DNA of 64,000 bases, taken from positions 176,142,001 through 176,206,000 of the forward strand of contig OZ024742.1 in NCBI GenBank assembly GCA_964016885.1, read 5' to 3'. Source of the stretch: Eledone cirrhosa. Taxonomy: Eukaryota. Made by a program: the position numbers and the translations under genes. This document shows, piece after piece, positions 41,850 to 56,964 of the stretch. The notes beneath the pieces are model-generated. The model saw nothing but the letters and a program-made list of their open reading frames with translations. It made no database searches and was not told the origin of the DNA. Position 1 is the first letter of the stretch. Every line of letters starts with the position of its first letter.

Positions 41850-42652
41850 ATCATCATCATCATCATCAACGTTTAACGTCCGTGTTCCACGCTTGCATGG
41901 GTTTGGACGGGGGTAGTCCCACTTGAGGCAAGAGTGATTGTCTTGCTCGCATAGGACTGTCTGGCAGGTTTTCTACAGTTGGATGCCCTTCCTAACACCA
42001 ACCACATTTACAGTGTGGGGCTGGGAGGTTTTTACCGTGTTGCCTACACGGCCACATTACAGCGTGGACTGTGTGTTTTTTTGTCGTGACACCTACACGA
42101 TCTCATTTGTTTCGGCCTGGATGGTGTGACACCAACAGAACTTTACATAGAACGGGGTGGTGTGGATGGGGTGGGGGTGGTGGGACGGGGGGGGGGGTTA
42201 TTTTGTTAGAGATGCCTACTGGCTGTAGTAGGTTTTACTATGTATTCAGGTAAGGCGGGTCTTCTCTGTTACTGAGTACCGCCAAAGGTCTCGGTCCAGT
42301 GACATTGTCTTGGAGAGGTGTAAGTGTGTGAGGTCGGAGTTTATCAGCTCGTCCCAGGTTTTTCTAGGTCTGCCTACTCCGTGGCTACCGTCTATCTTTA
42401 TTGCCCTGCACTTTGTTATACAGCTATCGACTTTCATGCGCATCACGTGTCCATACCAACGTAGCCTTCTCTCGAGTAAAAAACATCTGATCCCTCTTAT
42501 TTCTAATTTTTTCCTTAGTTCGTTTATGCTTTGCCGTTCACGTATATTACTGTTACACATCCAGCGGAGCATGCAAGCTTCGTTCCTCTCTAGTCTGCGT
42601 ATATCCTCTGCACACAATGCCCAGGTCTCACTGCCATGCAACATTGCTGTTC
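41850..42652 (-). mobile_element. RTE LINE 3' fragment
   Basis: ORF 42246-42644 (MLHGSETW...GRPRKTWDEL) plus 3' UTR and (CAT)n tail. Confidence 0.92.
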
Positions 42653-44553
42653 GATATATATAGAGATAAACAAAACAAGGGTTAACTTTAAGGTCTTTAT
42701 TGAATATGCACAGTTATGACCGTTTCACAGATGAGCAGCTCAGGATCCATGTTAATATTATAGACCTGACTCCAGCCCAAACTGCTCATCAATCGGATCT
42801 ATTTATATATATTTATATATAATAAAGAATTAGAAATAGAAGCCAGGACTATACATCATCAGTAGTCTACTAGCGATCATAGGTATTTCTTTGCATTAAA
42901 GACCAGATACCTCAGGCTAGTGCAAACAATAACTAAAATAAGTAATTGGGATAAAAAGAATCAGGTGAAGAAAGAGAGACAGGAAAAGAAACACAAATGG
43001 TGAGGCAACGTAATGAGAAAATCAAGTCAATGATTCATTTGGAACATAAGAACGTGCAAATATTGACGAGAAGGCAAAAGACATATCTTGGCTGTGCAAA
43101 TGTGAGTGAGGAAAGAATTTTGTACGGAGGAAGTGAGAGAGAGGGTGAGTAGCAGATATATATTTATATATATATATATAGAGATAGATAGATAATATGC
43201 CCCCACCAACCCACTGCAAATTCGTTGTGGTGTCACACCAAAAAAGCACCCTGTACTCACTGTAAATGAGGTTGGTGTTAGGAAGGGCATCTAGCTGTAG
43301 AGATCAAGCAAAAATAAGTTTCCATATGAGCAAGAGAAGGTCACCTGACCTCGCTCTGCACACAACAGGGCAACCCATCTAACCCATGCTAGCATGGAAG
43401 AATAGATGTAAAATGGGGATGATGATGATATATATTATGTTAGATATTTCATTACAGTTTGAAACTAGATGGGTTGAGGAAAACACATCTTGCTTGTAAG
43501 CTCTATTTGTGATATGATTTATACAGCAGCATGCATTTCCTAATATCCACCACTTTACAGAGTGTACTGGGTACATTTTATCATGGCACCAGCACTACTT
43601 CCTTAGAGTGTGTATGTACATACATACATCTCGATTTCAAGAATTGCCACCAACTGGGCCACTTCTCATACTTTGGTGGCACAAATATGACTCTGTGGCT
43701 TTACCAAGGAATTAAGTATTTTGCATATGCTGCAGAGATGAATATTACTTCCACAGTGGTTCACTGTTTTATTTTGGTGAACTTTCAATGATGTTGAGGG
43801 GCACTGGCCAAGGCTCATTCTTTACCACACTTCTGACAGGAAGAAATGCCAACGAGGCCATAATTGGCAGCATTTTCTATGTAGTTTCTCTGATAATATC
43901 TAAGACCAGGTTTACTGAAGCAAATCCATCTGCTCTCATTGAACAAAATGTTATTTTAAGCAAGAACCTTATGCAGACACTTTTGCACTGGACCAGTCCC
44001 ACTCTCTGAAAATGGATAACATCATTGGCTGACATCGTATTGCAGGTTTTACATCAGACTTTTCCTTCTACTAGAATGAACTTTTTACAAGCACTAAGGG
44101 CCTTTTGCTCCTGGTGGGTGAACTGTGTGCTGGGAATGAGCTGAATGAAATCCTGAGGTATTTAATGCTCTGGTGATGCTGCCAAATTGTTGCCAGTACC
44201 TTTTAACAGAAAATGTAACAATTAAGCAGAACATGTCTAAAAATGGATTTGTTAATAATTCAAATTTTTGTTGTATCATTACTAGGGAAGGGGTTGAGAA
44301 AATGTGTAATATTAGAATAAGGACTTCTAATGTGATACTGCCATAATTCTGTTTTCAATAATGTCTTTATGAATGCTGTTTGATGAGATAGAGGATGTTA
44401 GGAGTTAAATACAGAACATTGTAAAATCGATTTTATAATCGACTGATAAGTCTCCAAATTTAACATTATTTTTAAACAGCTATTTCCTATGAGACAGGGA
44501 TAAATAAGTCTCAGCAAAGTTGCTCAACCTCAAAGAAGTAACCAAATATTACC

Positions 44554-44797
44554 TTAACCCTTTTGATATCAAACCAAATAAAACTAATCCAAGTTTTACA
44601 ATACAAATCTGTTTGCTTTAAAGTGTTTATATTTATTTAAATCACTTCCACGATAATTTTATACATGATCATTTATTGTTTCAAACAGCACCTTGATAAT
44701 GAGAAAATTTGTTATAATTTGAAATCACTCCAAATTCTTGGTTATTTCCAAAATGATTAATTGTTTTTGATGAGAAATAAGGTAAAGAAAGAGTTAA
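44554..44797. mobile_element. TTAA-flanked MITE-like element (piggyBac-like ends)
   Basis: Ends TTAACCCTTT and AAAGAGTTAA. Related fragments at about 8830, 10960-11380, 17480, 46600 and 48215-48400. Confidence 0.5.
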
Positions 44798-45093
44798 ATT
44801 AAGGAACAAATGGTTTAAAACATGTTGCTTCCCTTGCTAGAAGTAATAGCAAAATAGCATTGAAGTCACATGCTATTTATTGTTGGGAATAAAGAATGAC
44901 ACGTTGAATAATTGAATCCTAGGTACATTATGTTGTGCCTAAGAAAAGATGGGATGCTTATGCGTGGAATACTTTTGCTCACATATCTTCTCAATCAGGT
45001 CTCATCTGAAGCTAAACAATAACAACAATGATAGCAATACAAGAGGGGAAATATCTTATGAAATTATTTTCAGATGTCATAGGTGCATTTTTA

Positions 45094-45695
45094 TCTATAT
45101 ATCTAAAACATAGACTGTCTGTCTGTCTGACTACCTAAAACTTGAGAACCACCCAACCGATTGTTTTCAAACATTACACATGTAATACGTATGGTCCTGT
45201 GAGTATTTTGAGCACAAACAATTTCGAATTTTCAATGTCCTAGGGACCGCATTAGGCGATTTAGCGATCTCTCTCTATAACTCTTAGTCTTTATTTTTAG
45301 ATAGATACATAGATATAACGTTGCGCCCTTATAATATCTGGCTGACTGCATTTCGACAATACGTCGCTGTGTGTGTATATATGTATATATTGCGTGTGTA
45401 TATATATATATATAGTTTGTAACGTTTTTCGAAATATTTACTTCTGCATTCACAGATTGATTTTTTTAGTTTCAGAAGATGCCGTTAAAGGTGAAAGCAG
45501 CGATTCTTTGCTTAAACTTTAATCTGTTATTTTCATATATATATAATTATATATTCGTGTACAGATATTTTTGTATACACAATAACAAAATATAAACAAA
45601 CGTATTTATTTCAGGAGGCTCGATAAGGATAAATATATATCATATATACAAGAACCCTAGATCAAATCCCGAGCAACGCTGGGCCATTCTGCTAG
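45094..45695 (+). mobile_element. Complete 602-bp non-autonomous Helitron
   Basis: A|TCTATATATC 5' end followed by (CTGT)n, 3' hairpin CCCGAGC-AAC-GCTGGG, and CTAG|T end. Confidence 0.92.
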
Positions 45696-48600
45696 TATGT
45701 TCAGCAGGAATGTTTCTTACTGATTAATCAAGTAAAAAGTAAATAGAAAAAAAAAAGTTATCATCTTTTCATTATGGAAGTTTTATTTATTTCATTTTAT
45801 AAACAATTTGTTGAAAAGTGAAAATTATATTTTTTACTCAAAATATTGTTCATTTGTTTTTCTCATAGAATAACTGTCAAATGACCTTATGATTTTGTAA
45901 ATTGATACAGAATAATGAAATATATTTTCACAAAACTATCTTGATAGGATAAATTGTCTGTTTAATTTCTTTCTAAATATTTTCTGAATTGAAATAATCA
46001 ATTGATTTTTCTCCTTACAATTTGCTTTGACTTTGTCAGTACTGTTCTCATATCTACTCATTAAATTGTGAGCTGCCATCAAGATATTTATATGATATTT
46101 CAACTGTTATTTTCTATTAACTAGATTCTCTGTTTTCATAGAAGATGACAAAATAGATTGATATAATTCTGTTGAACTTTGAGATAAAGAGCCTCAAGAG
46201 TATGAAATATTTCTAAAATCAAATTCAGCTTGTATGAACTTCTTGATATAACAATATACTTGTAGCATACTTTAGATGAAAGTTGAATGTAAACCAAATT
46301 AACAATGTTTTGTATTCACAACAGTTATTGCTGTTAATGTTCAAATAATGTAATAGTCATTGAACTAAACAAAGTATTTTAATAATACTTCAGCTTTCTT
46401 GAAATTGCAACATATATTTCAAGTCTATCAATGACATAATGTAGGTTGATGATTGTAAAGAACGGATGTTTGTTCTTAGCTGAGAACTGAAGAACTTCAC
46501 GTTTCATCACAAGAATAATATCAATGATTTCACATCTCACATTAACTTTGCCAAGACTTGCAAATACTTTAAAAAGTTGATTAGTCACCAAGAGGTCACT
46601 TTAACCTATTTTGATATCAAACTGCATGAAACTGACCCAAGATATAGAACATGATTACATAATATAGATTTATCTCTGCTAACTCTTTCATGGCCATATT
46701 TCTAATGAAATACACTCTATTTCCATTAATTAATGAAGGATTTTGAAGGATTTACTACAGTTATTAATTATTTAATTTCCAAGAAATTATACTTACAATG
46801 GCCAGTTCTTATATAAAATTATGTGCACTAAATAGCAATTTCCCTGCCTACACATAATAGGTTTATATATCATAAACATACATTTAGTCATACCTTCACC
46901 CACTCACTCCTACCAGCTTTGGAGGCTCTGAAAAGGGTCAAGGGTACTGCCCTTCCCTCCCTGACTAAACAGTAAATCACAAAATGAGACAATTATGTTT
47001 CTTCCATGTCATACATCATCCTTCATCATCATCGTTTATGTCCCTTTTCCCTGCTATCATGTGTTGGACAGGTTGTTACAGTCCAGCACATGACTGGTTG
47101 GTGTGTCCCATCTTGCTCACTCTGCTCTCTATGCGGCATGGTTTCTGTAGCTAGATGGTTTCAATGCAAATCAATTGACAGTGTGTAATGTGTGGATATT
47201 ATCATGATAGCAACACTAGAAAGATAGTTACACACTCTACTAGACTGGAGGCTTCTCTGAAATCATATATAGTCTCTGTTCAATTTCATTTGCCTGACAC
47301 TGTAGCTTCAGGTTACGCCCCACATTTACTTTTAGTGTAATAGTGCTTTAACTGGCAGATGGATCTTTTACAACATTTCAGTAGTCAGCTCAGTCATGTT
47401 CCATCTCCTTTGTAAGGTTAAATTTTCTGCCCTTCTGTTAGTCTCAGGTAATAACTAATCCTTTGATAAAGAACATTAACAGGTAATTTGGTATTTAATT
47501 GAATCTAGACTTGCTGGTTTTGTTAAACTAAAAATTATTCATATCGAAATATTTTGAAACCCTCTCAGTCAAGCAATTCTCCAAGGTATTAAATTAAGAG
47601 TGAACTTTCCAATACAAAAAAATATACAAATTACATAATAAATTACGCAGTTTAAATGGTTCTTTTCCCAAATGAAGTTAATTCAGAAAATATTTTTCCA
47701 GACTTCTTTTGATGTTTATTTTTTAAGTATAATTTTATAAATAATTACTTTATATGAATTTTATCATTTTTATATTTCTATTACTTTATTTTCCATTTCA
47801 CATGAAGATATTTATTCTTCTGAACTGTGTAACCATGAACTGTATTAAAAGCATTTGAAATTCTAATAAAGCATGAAAATAATTTGGATACCATTTATCA
47901 AAATCATTAAACATATCGAATAATTATCCCTCATTTGAGAAAGCCCAAGCAATATGTATTAAAAGTCAAATGAATAACAAATATGCAAGATTCATATGTA
48001 TAATGTTTTATATGAATACCAACTATGTATTAATAAAATATGTATTGACGTTTGTGATTCCATTTTTAACAGATTTTGAATAAATACACCATAACAATGT
48101 GGCTCACTGAGGCAACTAAAAAGATTGATGTTAGGAAGGACATCTGGCTGTAGAGCATTGCCTTTAAAAGGATCTGTGAAGATTTCGCCTGCACTAGCAA
48201 GGTAAATGGTCTATAAGCAGTTTCAGGCAGTTTGCTATCAAAAGGAATAACCCATTTGTTACTAAATTGCCTGAAACTGCCACTGGTTCTACAATATAAA
48301 GCAGTTTATTTTAAAATGTTGTATTTATCTAAAAACTTTCCATCATAATTTTATATCTTAACCTTTGTTAAATTATGCTTCAAGCACCATATAAAATAAT
48401 GAATATTACAAAATCCCTCTAAAGTCTTGATTATTTTCAAAATTATTTAAAAAATGAAAGTAATATCTTTCAATATAAATATAGTTACAAAATGCTTGAA
48501 CATTTGAGGAAAGAGTCATGAAGGCAAATGAGAAAATTGTAAGATGATATGCAGTTGTTTCATCCAGTCTGTGAAAGTATGGAAAAATACTTTTGATTAT

Positions 48601-48920
48601 GATGATCACAATACCGATGTTGATAATGATAAAATTGAGAAAATGTTTATATAATATAAAAGGCAGGGAATTGGCAGAGTCATTAGAACGTTGGATAGAA
48701 TACTTTGTGATATTCATTCTGGCTCTCTGCTCTCTGAGTTCAAATCCTGCCAAGATCAACTTTGCCTATCATCTATTCGACATTAATAAAATCATGCAAT
48801 ACATACCTGATGATGTCACCATCATCTTATGTAACAAACATGGCCATTGAAATATATATAGTATTTGCGCACCAAAAAGAATTGTAATGGAACTTCACCA
48901 GTCCTATTATTTTAATCAAA

Positions 48921-48955
<35 letters not shown>

Positions 48956-49721
48956 AGTCTTTTTTACTCTGCTGTTTTATCTGCTTATCAGACGAGAACA
49001 TGATGGATGTGTAGTTATCTGATAACCTTGTAGCAGACAGGCAAAATTCCAGAGTAACAAGACTCACTATTTAGTCTTAATAAAATGACATTTTAACCCT
49101 ACTTCAGTATTTACTATTTTATTCTTTCAGTCATCAACCAAATACATATATATATGTGCATGTGTGTGTATGTTTAGCTATATGTATAGCTATGGAAGTC
49201 ATGGCAGGTCTGCAAACGTTAACAACCATCAATTGATGTCTGAAATACTTCAATATATTTCTCACTATTCAATTTATGGATATTTTAAACCATTTCAAAA
49301 TGCTAAAAGGCAAGTACATCCAACAATTATAACAGCAATTGAAAATGTCTTTCATAGAAGCATTTAAAACTTTTACTCATTATTTTCTCTTTCCTCACCC
49401 AACTTAGTCCTAATGTCTTTATGATGATGTTGATGATGTTACATATCATCATCAGCATCATCACTATAATCATTATCATAGTTTTATTTTTGTTTTCCTT
49501 GATGTCATATGTTAGACAGTTTGTCACAGTTTGATTCCGTTAGTATTTCATATTACTGCCCTCTTTCTTCTTCATAAATTTCATATTTAATTTTGTTTCT
49601 ATGGCTGGATGCCCATCTCTAAACACATGTGCACACACACACACACACACATGTGCATATGCAGACACACACACATGTGCCAATGCATGCACACACACAG
49701 ACATATACATTATATAGAAAT

Positions 49722-49810
49722 AACTTCTATAGAGCAAAAGCTGTTTAATTCCTAAGAAGTCATCAGGAAAGAATCAGTTCAAGTCGTATAGAAGTTATCT
49801 CTATATAACA
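49722..49810 (-). mobile_element. Degenerate family B hammerhead element with inverted half-copy
   Basis: Same layout as 62933-63026; the core CUGAUGA is retained but GAAA is mutated to UAAA. Confidence 0.55.
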
Positions 49811-49922
49811 TTTATATGATCCTTTTCCACTAACATATTCATACCTTATTTGACTGTGGTTTCTTTCCACTCTCCTTCTGAAAACCATGCTTGATTATGT
49901 ATATATATATATAGAGAGATAT

Positions 49923-50964
49923 ATAGGAAAAGTGTCAGGACCCTGACGGCTGAGCTCCGGATATTTTGATAGCTAGATCCGAACTAAACCAGTAGTATTA
50001 AGATGGCAGGGGCCTAGCTAAACTTATCAAGGAGTACAGTCCATATATGGGCATGCAATTAAAACAAAGTAGAAGTATCAAATCAAACAATCCTAAAAAT
50101 TGTTGTTTTTACCTCGGCTGTATCTCTTTCCTATTTACACACTAAGATAGAGGAAACCCCAAGCATACTTAGGTAGAAGTAGACATATTTTTCTTTTTTG
50201 TCTTCTTTCTTTCTTCTTCATTAGTTACAAACTCTAATTACACTTAGGTGGATCTTTGCATATCTACACTATTATATTCAGTTTCCATTTTAGCTTAGGT
50301 TAACCCGAATATTTTCACCCTTGTTAAATATACATAGTACCGGACGAACACATAGCCATAGTATTTCGGGGGGGTATCATTATAAAAGAGATTTGCTGCA
50401 TTGAGTAAATTACTGCATTGAGTGCATTAGAGTAACTGATAACAATTTTTTTATTTATTAGGAATGTATTTAGAATTAATATCTATCTGTTTTGCTCTTT
50501 AGCTAACTGTTAGACCAGGCATACTCACTTTCGTTTTACAACTTTTCCTTGATTCTTATATGCTGATTTTTACCCTCATTATAGATAGTTGTAAAGAATT
50601 CTCTCTTAAAGCATGACTGGCCTGGCACCCACAGGTCAGAATGTCATCTTACTCTCTCCCCTTTGTTCTACAGGCCAGTTCAACCCCCCCTCAACCACCA
50701 CTCACCCGCCCTGCCGCTATGAAGGAATTTAACCAAGTACATGACATCCCCAAATCATTGACCTATTGCTTTGACAAGAAAAACAATTTTTAGGATTGTT
50801 TGATTAGATACATCTGTCTTGTTTTGATTGCATGCCCATATGTGGACTGTACCCCTTGATAAGTTCAGCTAGGTCCCTGCCATCCTAATACTACTGGTTT
50901 TGTTCAGATCTAACTGTCGAAACGGCCAGAGCTCAGCCATCGGGGTCTTGACTCTCTTCCTATT
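49923..50964. mobile_element. Element with about 190-bp diverged inverted terminal segments (PLE-like)
   Basis: 49923-50110 is inverted to 50780-50964. Confidence 0.75.
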
Positions 50965-51078
50965 ATCCACTCTACTACCCTAAGTATTGAGTACTCTGAT
51001 GCATTTTGCTCCACCCTGTTTTCTTACTACACTTTCTTTGTTATGTATGTATATATATAGATATATATACATATATAG

Positions 51079-51235
51079 GTTTTAATATAGATGAGATTCT
51101 ACAGGACTAGAACTGTTTCATTGAAACAGTTCTAGTCCTGTAGAATCTCATCTATATTAAAACTTTTATACTCTGCTATGTATTGAGTACCTTACTTACT
51201 GTCGTTACCTCCGATTCAACCCGGAATAACTTACC
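51079..51235. repeat. Perfect 42-bp-arm palindrome of the family B hammerhead 3' half
   Basis: 51079-51120 is the exact reverse complement of 51122-51163; 51122-51235 matches the reverse complement of 62852-62960. Confidence 0.9.
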
Positions 51236-51290
51236 TATATATGTATACACATATATATATATACACATATATATACATATATATGTGTAT

Positions 51291-51505
51291 AAGGCGTGTG
51301 GCTGAGTGGTTAGAGAATTGGATTCGCAATCGTGAGGTTGTGAGTTCAATTCCTGGACCGGGTGATGTGTTATGTCCTTGAGCAAGACATTTTATTTCAC
51401 GTTGCTCCTTCTACCTGGAGTTGCGACCGATAGATAGTATTAGCAATTGGAAAAACCAACGGAAACATTGTTTCCTCGGTCCGATTTGATGAAAGTCGAT
51501 CGTTC
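51291..51505 (+). mobile_element. tRNA-derived SINE family 2
   Basis: A-box tggctgagtggttagag and B-box gagttcaattcc. Confidence 0.85.
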
Positions 51506-51515
51506 CTATATATAC

Positions 51516-51546
<31 letters not shown>

Positions 51547-52250
51547 TATATATATATATACAATACAGGACAACAGGACAACCCATCTAACCCATGCTAG
51601 CATGGAAGAACGGATGTAAAACGGTGATGATGATGATGATGATGATATATATATTATCATCATTGTATTTAAACATTTATTTTTCTGTGCTAGTATTGGG
51701 TAGACATGCCCTGTTGTGAGAAAAATCAGAACAGATGAACTTGTCTTGTTTATACAGAATTTTTTCTAGTTTGATTTCTCTGGCTAGATATCCTTCCTAA
51801 CACCAATAACATTTAGAGTGTGGACTGGGCCCTTTTATCGGGGCACCAATACACACACTGTGGAGTGACCATTTTTCATCATGTCACCAACATGATCACT
51901 TTACCCTGTGGATTGAGCACTTTCTGTCATATAAAACCCAACATGACCCCTCTACAGGGTAAACTGCATATATAATATGTATGCATAAACACATTCACCA
52001 AAATGGCTAACTAAACACACCCATGTTTTCTCCTCTCCAACATCTTTTTTCCCTTCCTTCCTCTTCTCAATCTTGTCTAACTTTCTATTTTCTTATTTCT
52101 CATTCTATCTTCTGAGGTAGCTCAAATGTCCAAAACGTTAAAACTCTTTTCCTACTATACCAAGTGTTAAACCAATATATATTCACATTTTACAGTACCA
52201 TTTCTTGGTGGTGTTTATCAGTTACATTTTGCATACACACACACACAGAG

Positions 52251-52284
<34 letters not shown>

Positions 52285-52315
52285 TCCTAGCAGGAAAAGC
52301 ATATGTGAAATGATG

Positions 52316-52384
<69 letters not shown>

Positions 52385-52758
52385 TCACACACACACACAT
52401 ACACACATATTATACCTGTTTTACCTTTTTTTTATTTTCTAAATCTTGTTCTTTCAAAGTATCAGCATTTCAAAGAAGAGGTTGCCAGAATGTTCTATGT
52501 TACAGATAAGAGGTAATACTTGTTTTGATGAGCGAAAAACAGCTTGAACTCCATACACAACTCTTTAGTAAGACTTTCAATCATTAATAGACTGTCAATA
52601 ACAACAATGAAGAATATAGCAAGATTTTAAAACATCACTTCAGAATTTTTTTCTCATATCGTCTGCATAAATATTCAATTGAAAAGAAAAATTATATGGA
52701 CAAATCAAGAAAAAAAATGTTCATAAATATATACATGCACACATACACACACACAGAG

Positions 52759-52789
<31 letters not shown>

Positions 52790-55166
52790 CACATACATAC
52801 ACGTACATATATATATATCTATATCTATATATATAGATAGATATATATATATATATATGAATATACATATATAGTAGAACTTCTGTTTTCAAACAGTGTC
52901 TTGAGTAACAAACATGCAAGCTGGCAACAACATTTGGCATCAAGCTTGGAGTATTGGTGGCAAAGCTTCAGTTGCTGCATAGTTAGTTACTATGGTGATA
53001 TCTTACTGTCTTTCACACATTTTCTCTCCCTCACTGTATTTTCTCTCAATATTTCTCATGTAAAAAATAGAAATAGAAGCTTTGCCGTAATATTTGACTA
53101 TAATATAGTCTAATAATGGAATGTAGAAACCCATTGAACGGATAAAGGTGAGTATCTGTGGGTATCCATTCAGTGGGTTTATACATCCCATTGTTAGACT
53201 ATATTATAGTAAAACATATTAAAGTGAAGCCTCTTTTGCTATTTCAATATCTATATACTCAGAAACATAGAGTCTTACAACAAATAGGCACACATCCCTA
53301 CACTAACCCTCACATTTCTCTATGGACCAACAACTAACACACATACAAATATCCTCATACCTTCGTACTTACAAAAAATGTTCATCATTGGAAATCAATT
53401 AGTACATCATCATCATCTATAGATAATGCAGTACAAATTTGAACAAGCAGCCTCAGTTGAAATGTCATTTGATAACAATTAATGTTCTGTACTGCATCAA
53501 ACTGCATTATCAAGACATTCATGGAAGCACAAAAGAACACTATAACTATATTATATGAAAATGAAGTCTTTTCTTTCACAACTACCTACCCAATATTAAA
53601 GATACTCTAAACGTTTGGATTAACAAACCAACGTTTATATGTTTGGCTAAATCATTAGAGGATGTTATAAGTTAATGAAAATCTAGAAACATCACTAATA
53701 AACCAGAAGCTTACAATCCATCCCTACTAATTAATTTCCTTTTGTATGCTGATGTTAAAATGTTCGCAACATTTGCCTATGGAACTTTCCAAACAAGGGA
53801 ATGACATAATCAATAAAAAATATAGGTATCAAAATCTGTACAGGAATTGTTTTCATTCATCTAGACTTTGTTTAAAAAACATAAAATCACAACTAAATAC
53901 TAAAATAATATACAGTTTTGTTTTTTTTTTAAATTATTTTACAACTTTGTTACTTAATTCTCAAAACATCCTGTATGGATTAGCAGAAAATATCTAAAAT
54001 CAAGATTCAAAGGTTTATAGCAGTTTCACTAGTGGCCAGATGGTTTTGAAAATTTACTGTATTAAACAAAGATGTTACAAACTAATATACTGTTTTGTAC
54101 TTCTTGTAGAATGTCTCGCTAATGCAATTTCATGTGGTACAGGACACTAAATGTTAAGCAGCAAAGATGAATATTTTTCTCCTGAAACAGTCCTTGTACA
54201 GAGTAAATTTATTTTTGTTGTTAGTCTAAGTTTAAAATGTAACTATATTAATTTACATGCCTTTGTGCTACAGTTTTGCTGAAGAGCATGAGATAAAATT
54301 TAGGAATAGTACACCAAATGTGTCTTACAGGCTTAACAATCCAAATTTGATTGGCTGGGGCTGGTTAACATTAATATCCATAATATATTAGTAACAATCT
54401 GATTAATTTCTCGGGATGTTTTACCTGTCAATTAAATTTATACTTTTTCAATAGCAAATTGCAAACTGAGCACATATGGACTTTTTCTAAAAAAAATGTG
54501 TTTCGATTTTCTTCTCTTCTCACTCTTCCCTATTTTTCTATTTGTTCTTTTATTGAGCATTCTATATTGTAGTGAAATAGTACCGTCTAAAATATTAGGA
54601 CTCTTGTCCTGCTATATCAAGTGTTAAACTAATATATATCTTCATTGTACTGTATTATTTGCTGTATTGTTTTCCATTTATTTTTTTGCATACACACACA
54701 TATATATAGGCTTCTCTTTAAATAGATATGTATATGTGAAACATGATATTAACTGCTGTCATAGACCTGGATATGAAATGAAACTGAAAAATATAATAGA
54801 TACAATTATAAGTTGTCAGAGAAATTATGTGATATCAGCTATCACAAACTCATATAAAAGTGTTATATATGTGTGCGTATATACATATATATATATATAC
54901 ACATATATATGTGTGTGTGTGTGTGTGGTGGGATGTGTACATGTGTGAGAGTATATGCACAGATACTCACTCTCACTAACTATTATATATATGGCAGGGG
55001 GGAATATGTGTAGGAGTACATGCACAGGTGCTCACACACACAAACGTGTGTGTAAAAGTCTGACGAACATACACATTGCTTCATTAGTAATTTGACACTA
55101 TTCTTTATCTTCAACAACAAATGCTTATCAAATGTGTGAGAGATGTAAAGGAAATTTAATTACTTG

Positions 55167-55230
<64 letters not shown>

Positions 55231-55493
55231 TCATACATTTACATTACACAAGAACTTTAATTACTTGATATATATACACATGTATATATGTATATATACA
55301 CATTCATGGTTACATTCAGAGATACTGATAAAGGCACATGCACACACTCACAAACACATTTTTATATATATACACACACACACGATTTTGTAAACATTCA
55401 TGCGCATATTGTTGTATAGAAACACAAATTTATATATAAACATAGATCTTAAATTCTGTTTACCTTTTTATTTAAATGGTACTTGTTTTCAGA

Positions 55494-55567
55494 GACCATT
55501 TAGCTCAGTGGTTAAGAGTTCTCTGCCAGTATTTGTATGGTACAGAGTTCGAATCTTTGTAGCAGTT
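55494..55567 (+). other. tRNA-like remnant (pseudo-tRNA or SINE head)
   Basis: D arm GCTC-AGTGGTTAA-GAGT and T arm CAGAG-TTCGAAT-CTTTG are present; acceptor and anticodon stems do not pair. Confidence 0.5.
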
Positions 55568-55686
55568 GCTGGCCAATGTTCCTCTATTTATAACAATATT
55601 TCACCAAATTTTCTAAGCTACTATTCATAGAAATCAACTGAGGTTAAAATTATTATCTGCTTTAAGGTTTCTACATTTTCTAAGAA

Positions 55687-55721
<35 letters not shown>

Positions 55722-55725
<4 letters not shown>

Positions 55726-56345
55726 GTGCAAGGCTTATTGGTTAGAGCATCATGTTTCAGTTGTGAGGTTGTGTTCTTGAGAAAGAACATTATTTCACTT
55801 TGCTCCAGTTCACTCATCTATTGAAATGAGTTGCGACATCACTGGTGCCAAGCTGTATTGGCCTTTGCCTTTCCATTGGAGAACATGGGTGACATGGAGA
55901 GGGGAGACTGGTATGCATGAGCAACTGCTGGTCTTCCACAAACAACCATGGAAGGGGAACTTTCCAGGTGTAAATCCCAAGGTCATTCATGACCGAAGGG
56001 GTCTTTACCCTTTACCTATATATATATATAAACTCCCTTTGGTCATGAATGACCATGGGTTTTGCATCTAGAAAGTTCTTATCTGAGGCATAAGCCTGAG
56101 CAAGGTGTTTTTGTGAAAGACCAGGAGTTGCTCATATTTACCAGTTTCCCTTTTCCATGTCACCAGTGTTGTCAAAGGGAACAACAAATGCAGCTACATC
56201 CCAACTCATTTCTACAGCTAAGTGAAATGGCACAGCATGGAATAAAATATCTTTCTCAAGTACAACACATTGCCTGATGTGGGAATCGAACTCACAACCT
56301 CATGATTGTGGAACCTACTCTTTTACCACAAAACCAATCACCTCC
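55722..56345. mobile_element. Two family 2-like SINEs tail-to-tail
   Basis: The + copy 55722-56013 and the - copy 56030-56345 share the ggtcattcatgacc tail. Confidence 0.7.
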
Positions 56346-56964
56346 ACACACACAAACACACACACATATATATATATACATACATGTACATTTGTGTGTG
56401 TTATGATTATAGATTACAGCCTAGAACTATAAGTAATATATTCAATATTTACACTACCTTTAGCATTGAATTCTATTTTTCATTTTTATCTATTTCACAG
56501 CATTGCAATGTACCCAACGATGCTTGCCATACAATACAACTGGCTACAACCTATACATCTATATATATAAAGAATTAAATATCTGAATTAGAATAAAAGA
56601 GACCCACCACACTCCAACCTTTAACAATGATAATAATAATATAACTACACATATGTAGAAAATGTCTGAAATCTAAACAGAGAAATGTTAAAGTTGCTGC
56701 AAGGAATAAGGGCAGAAAAATCAACTAATAGTATTATCTCCATTTATAAATATTGAGGTTTAGATGTGTCATAAGGGGCCAAAAACAACAAAACAAAAAT
56801 AGAAAAACCAAGAAAAAGAAAGATTTGGCACATTGACAATATTGAATAGGTTAGAAGAATTTGCTGAAAATATTTGAGTTTTAAGAAGTTATCTAAATAG
56901 AAGATGTAGTTGACCAAAGCAATGTATTTTACTTCATATATTTATTCATTAATTTAGAATAATA

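Noticed and set aside
55494-55567. Functional tRNA gene, or an RNF213-like exon on the opposite strand
   Set aside because: Acceptor and anticodon stems do not pair; the minus-strand protein resemblance needs a frameshift and may be chance.
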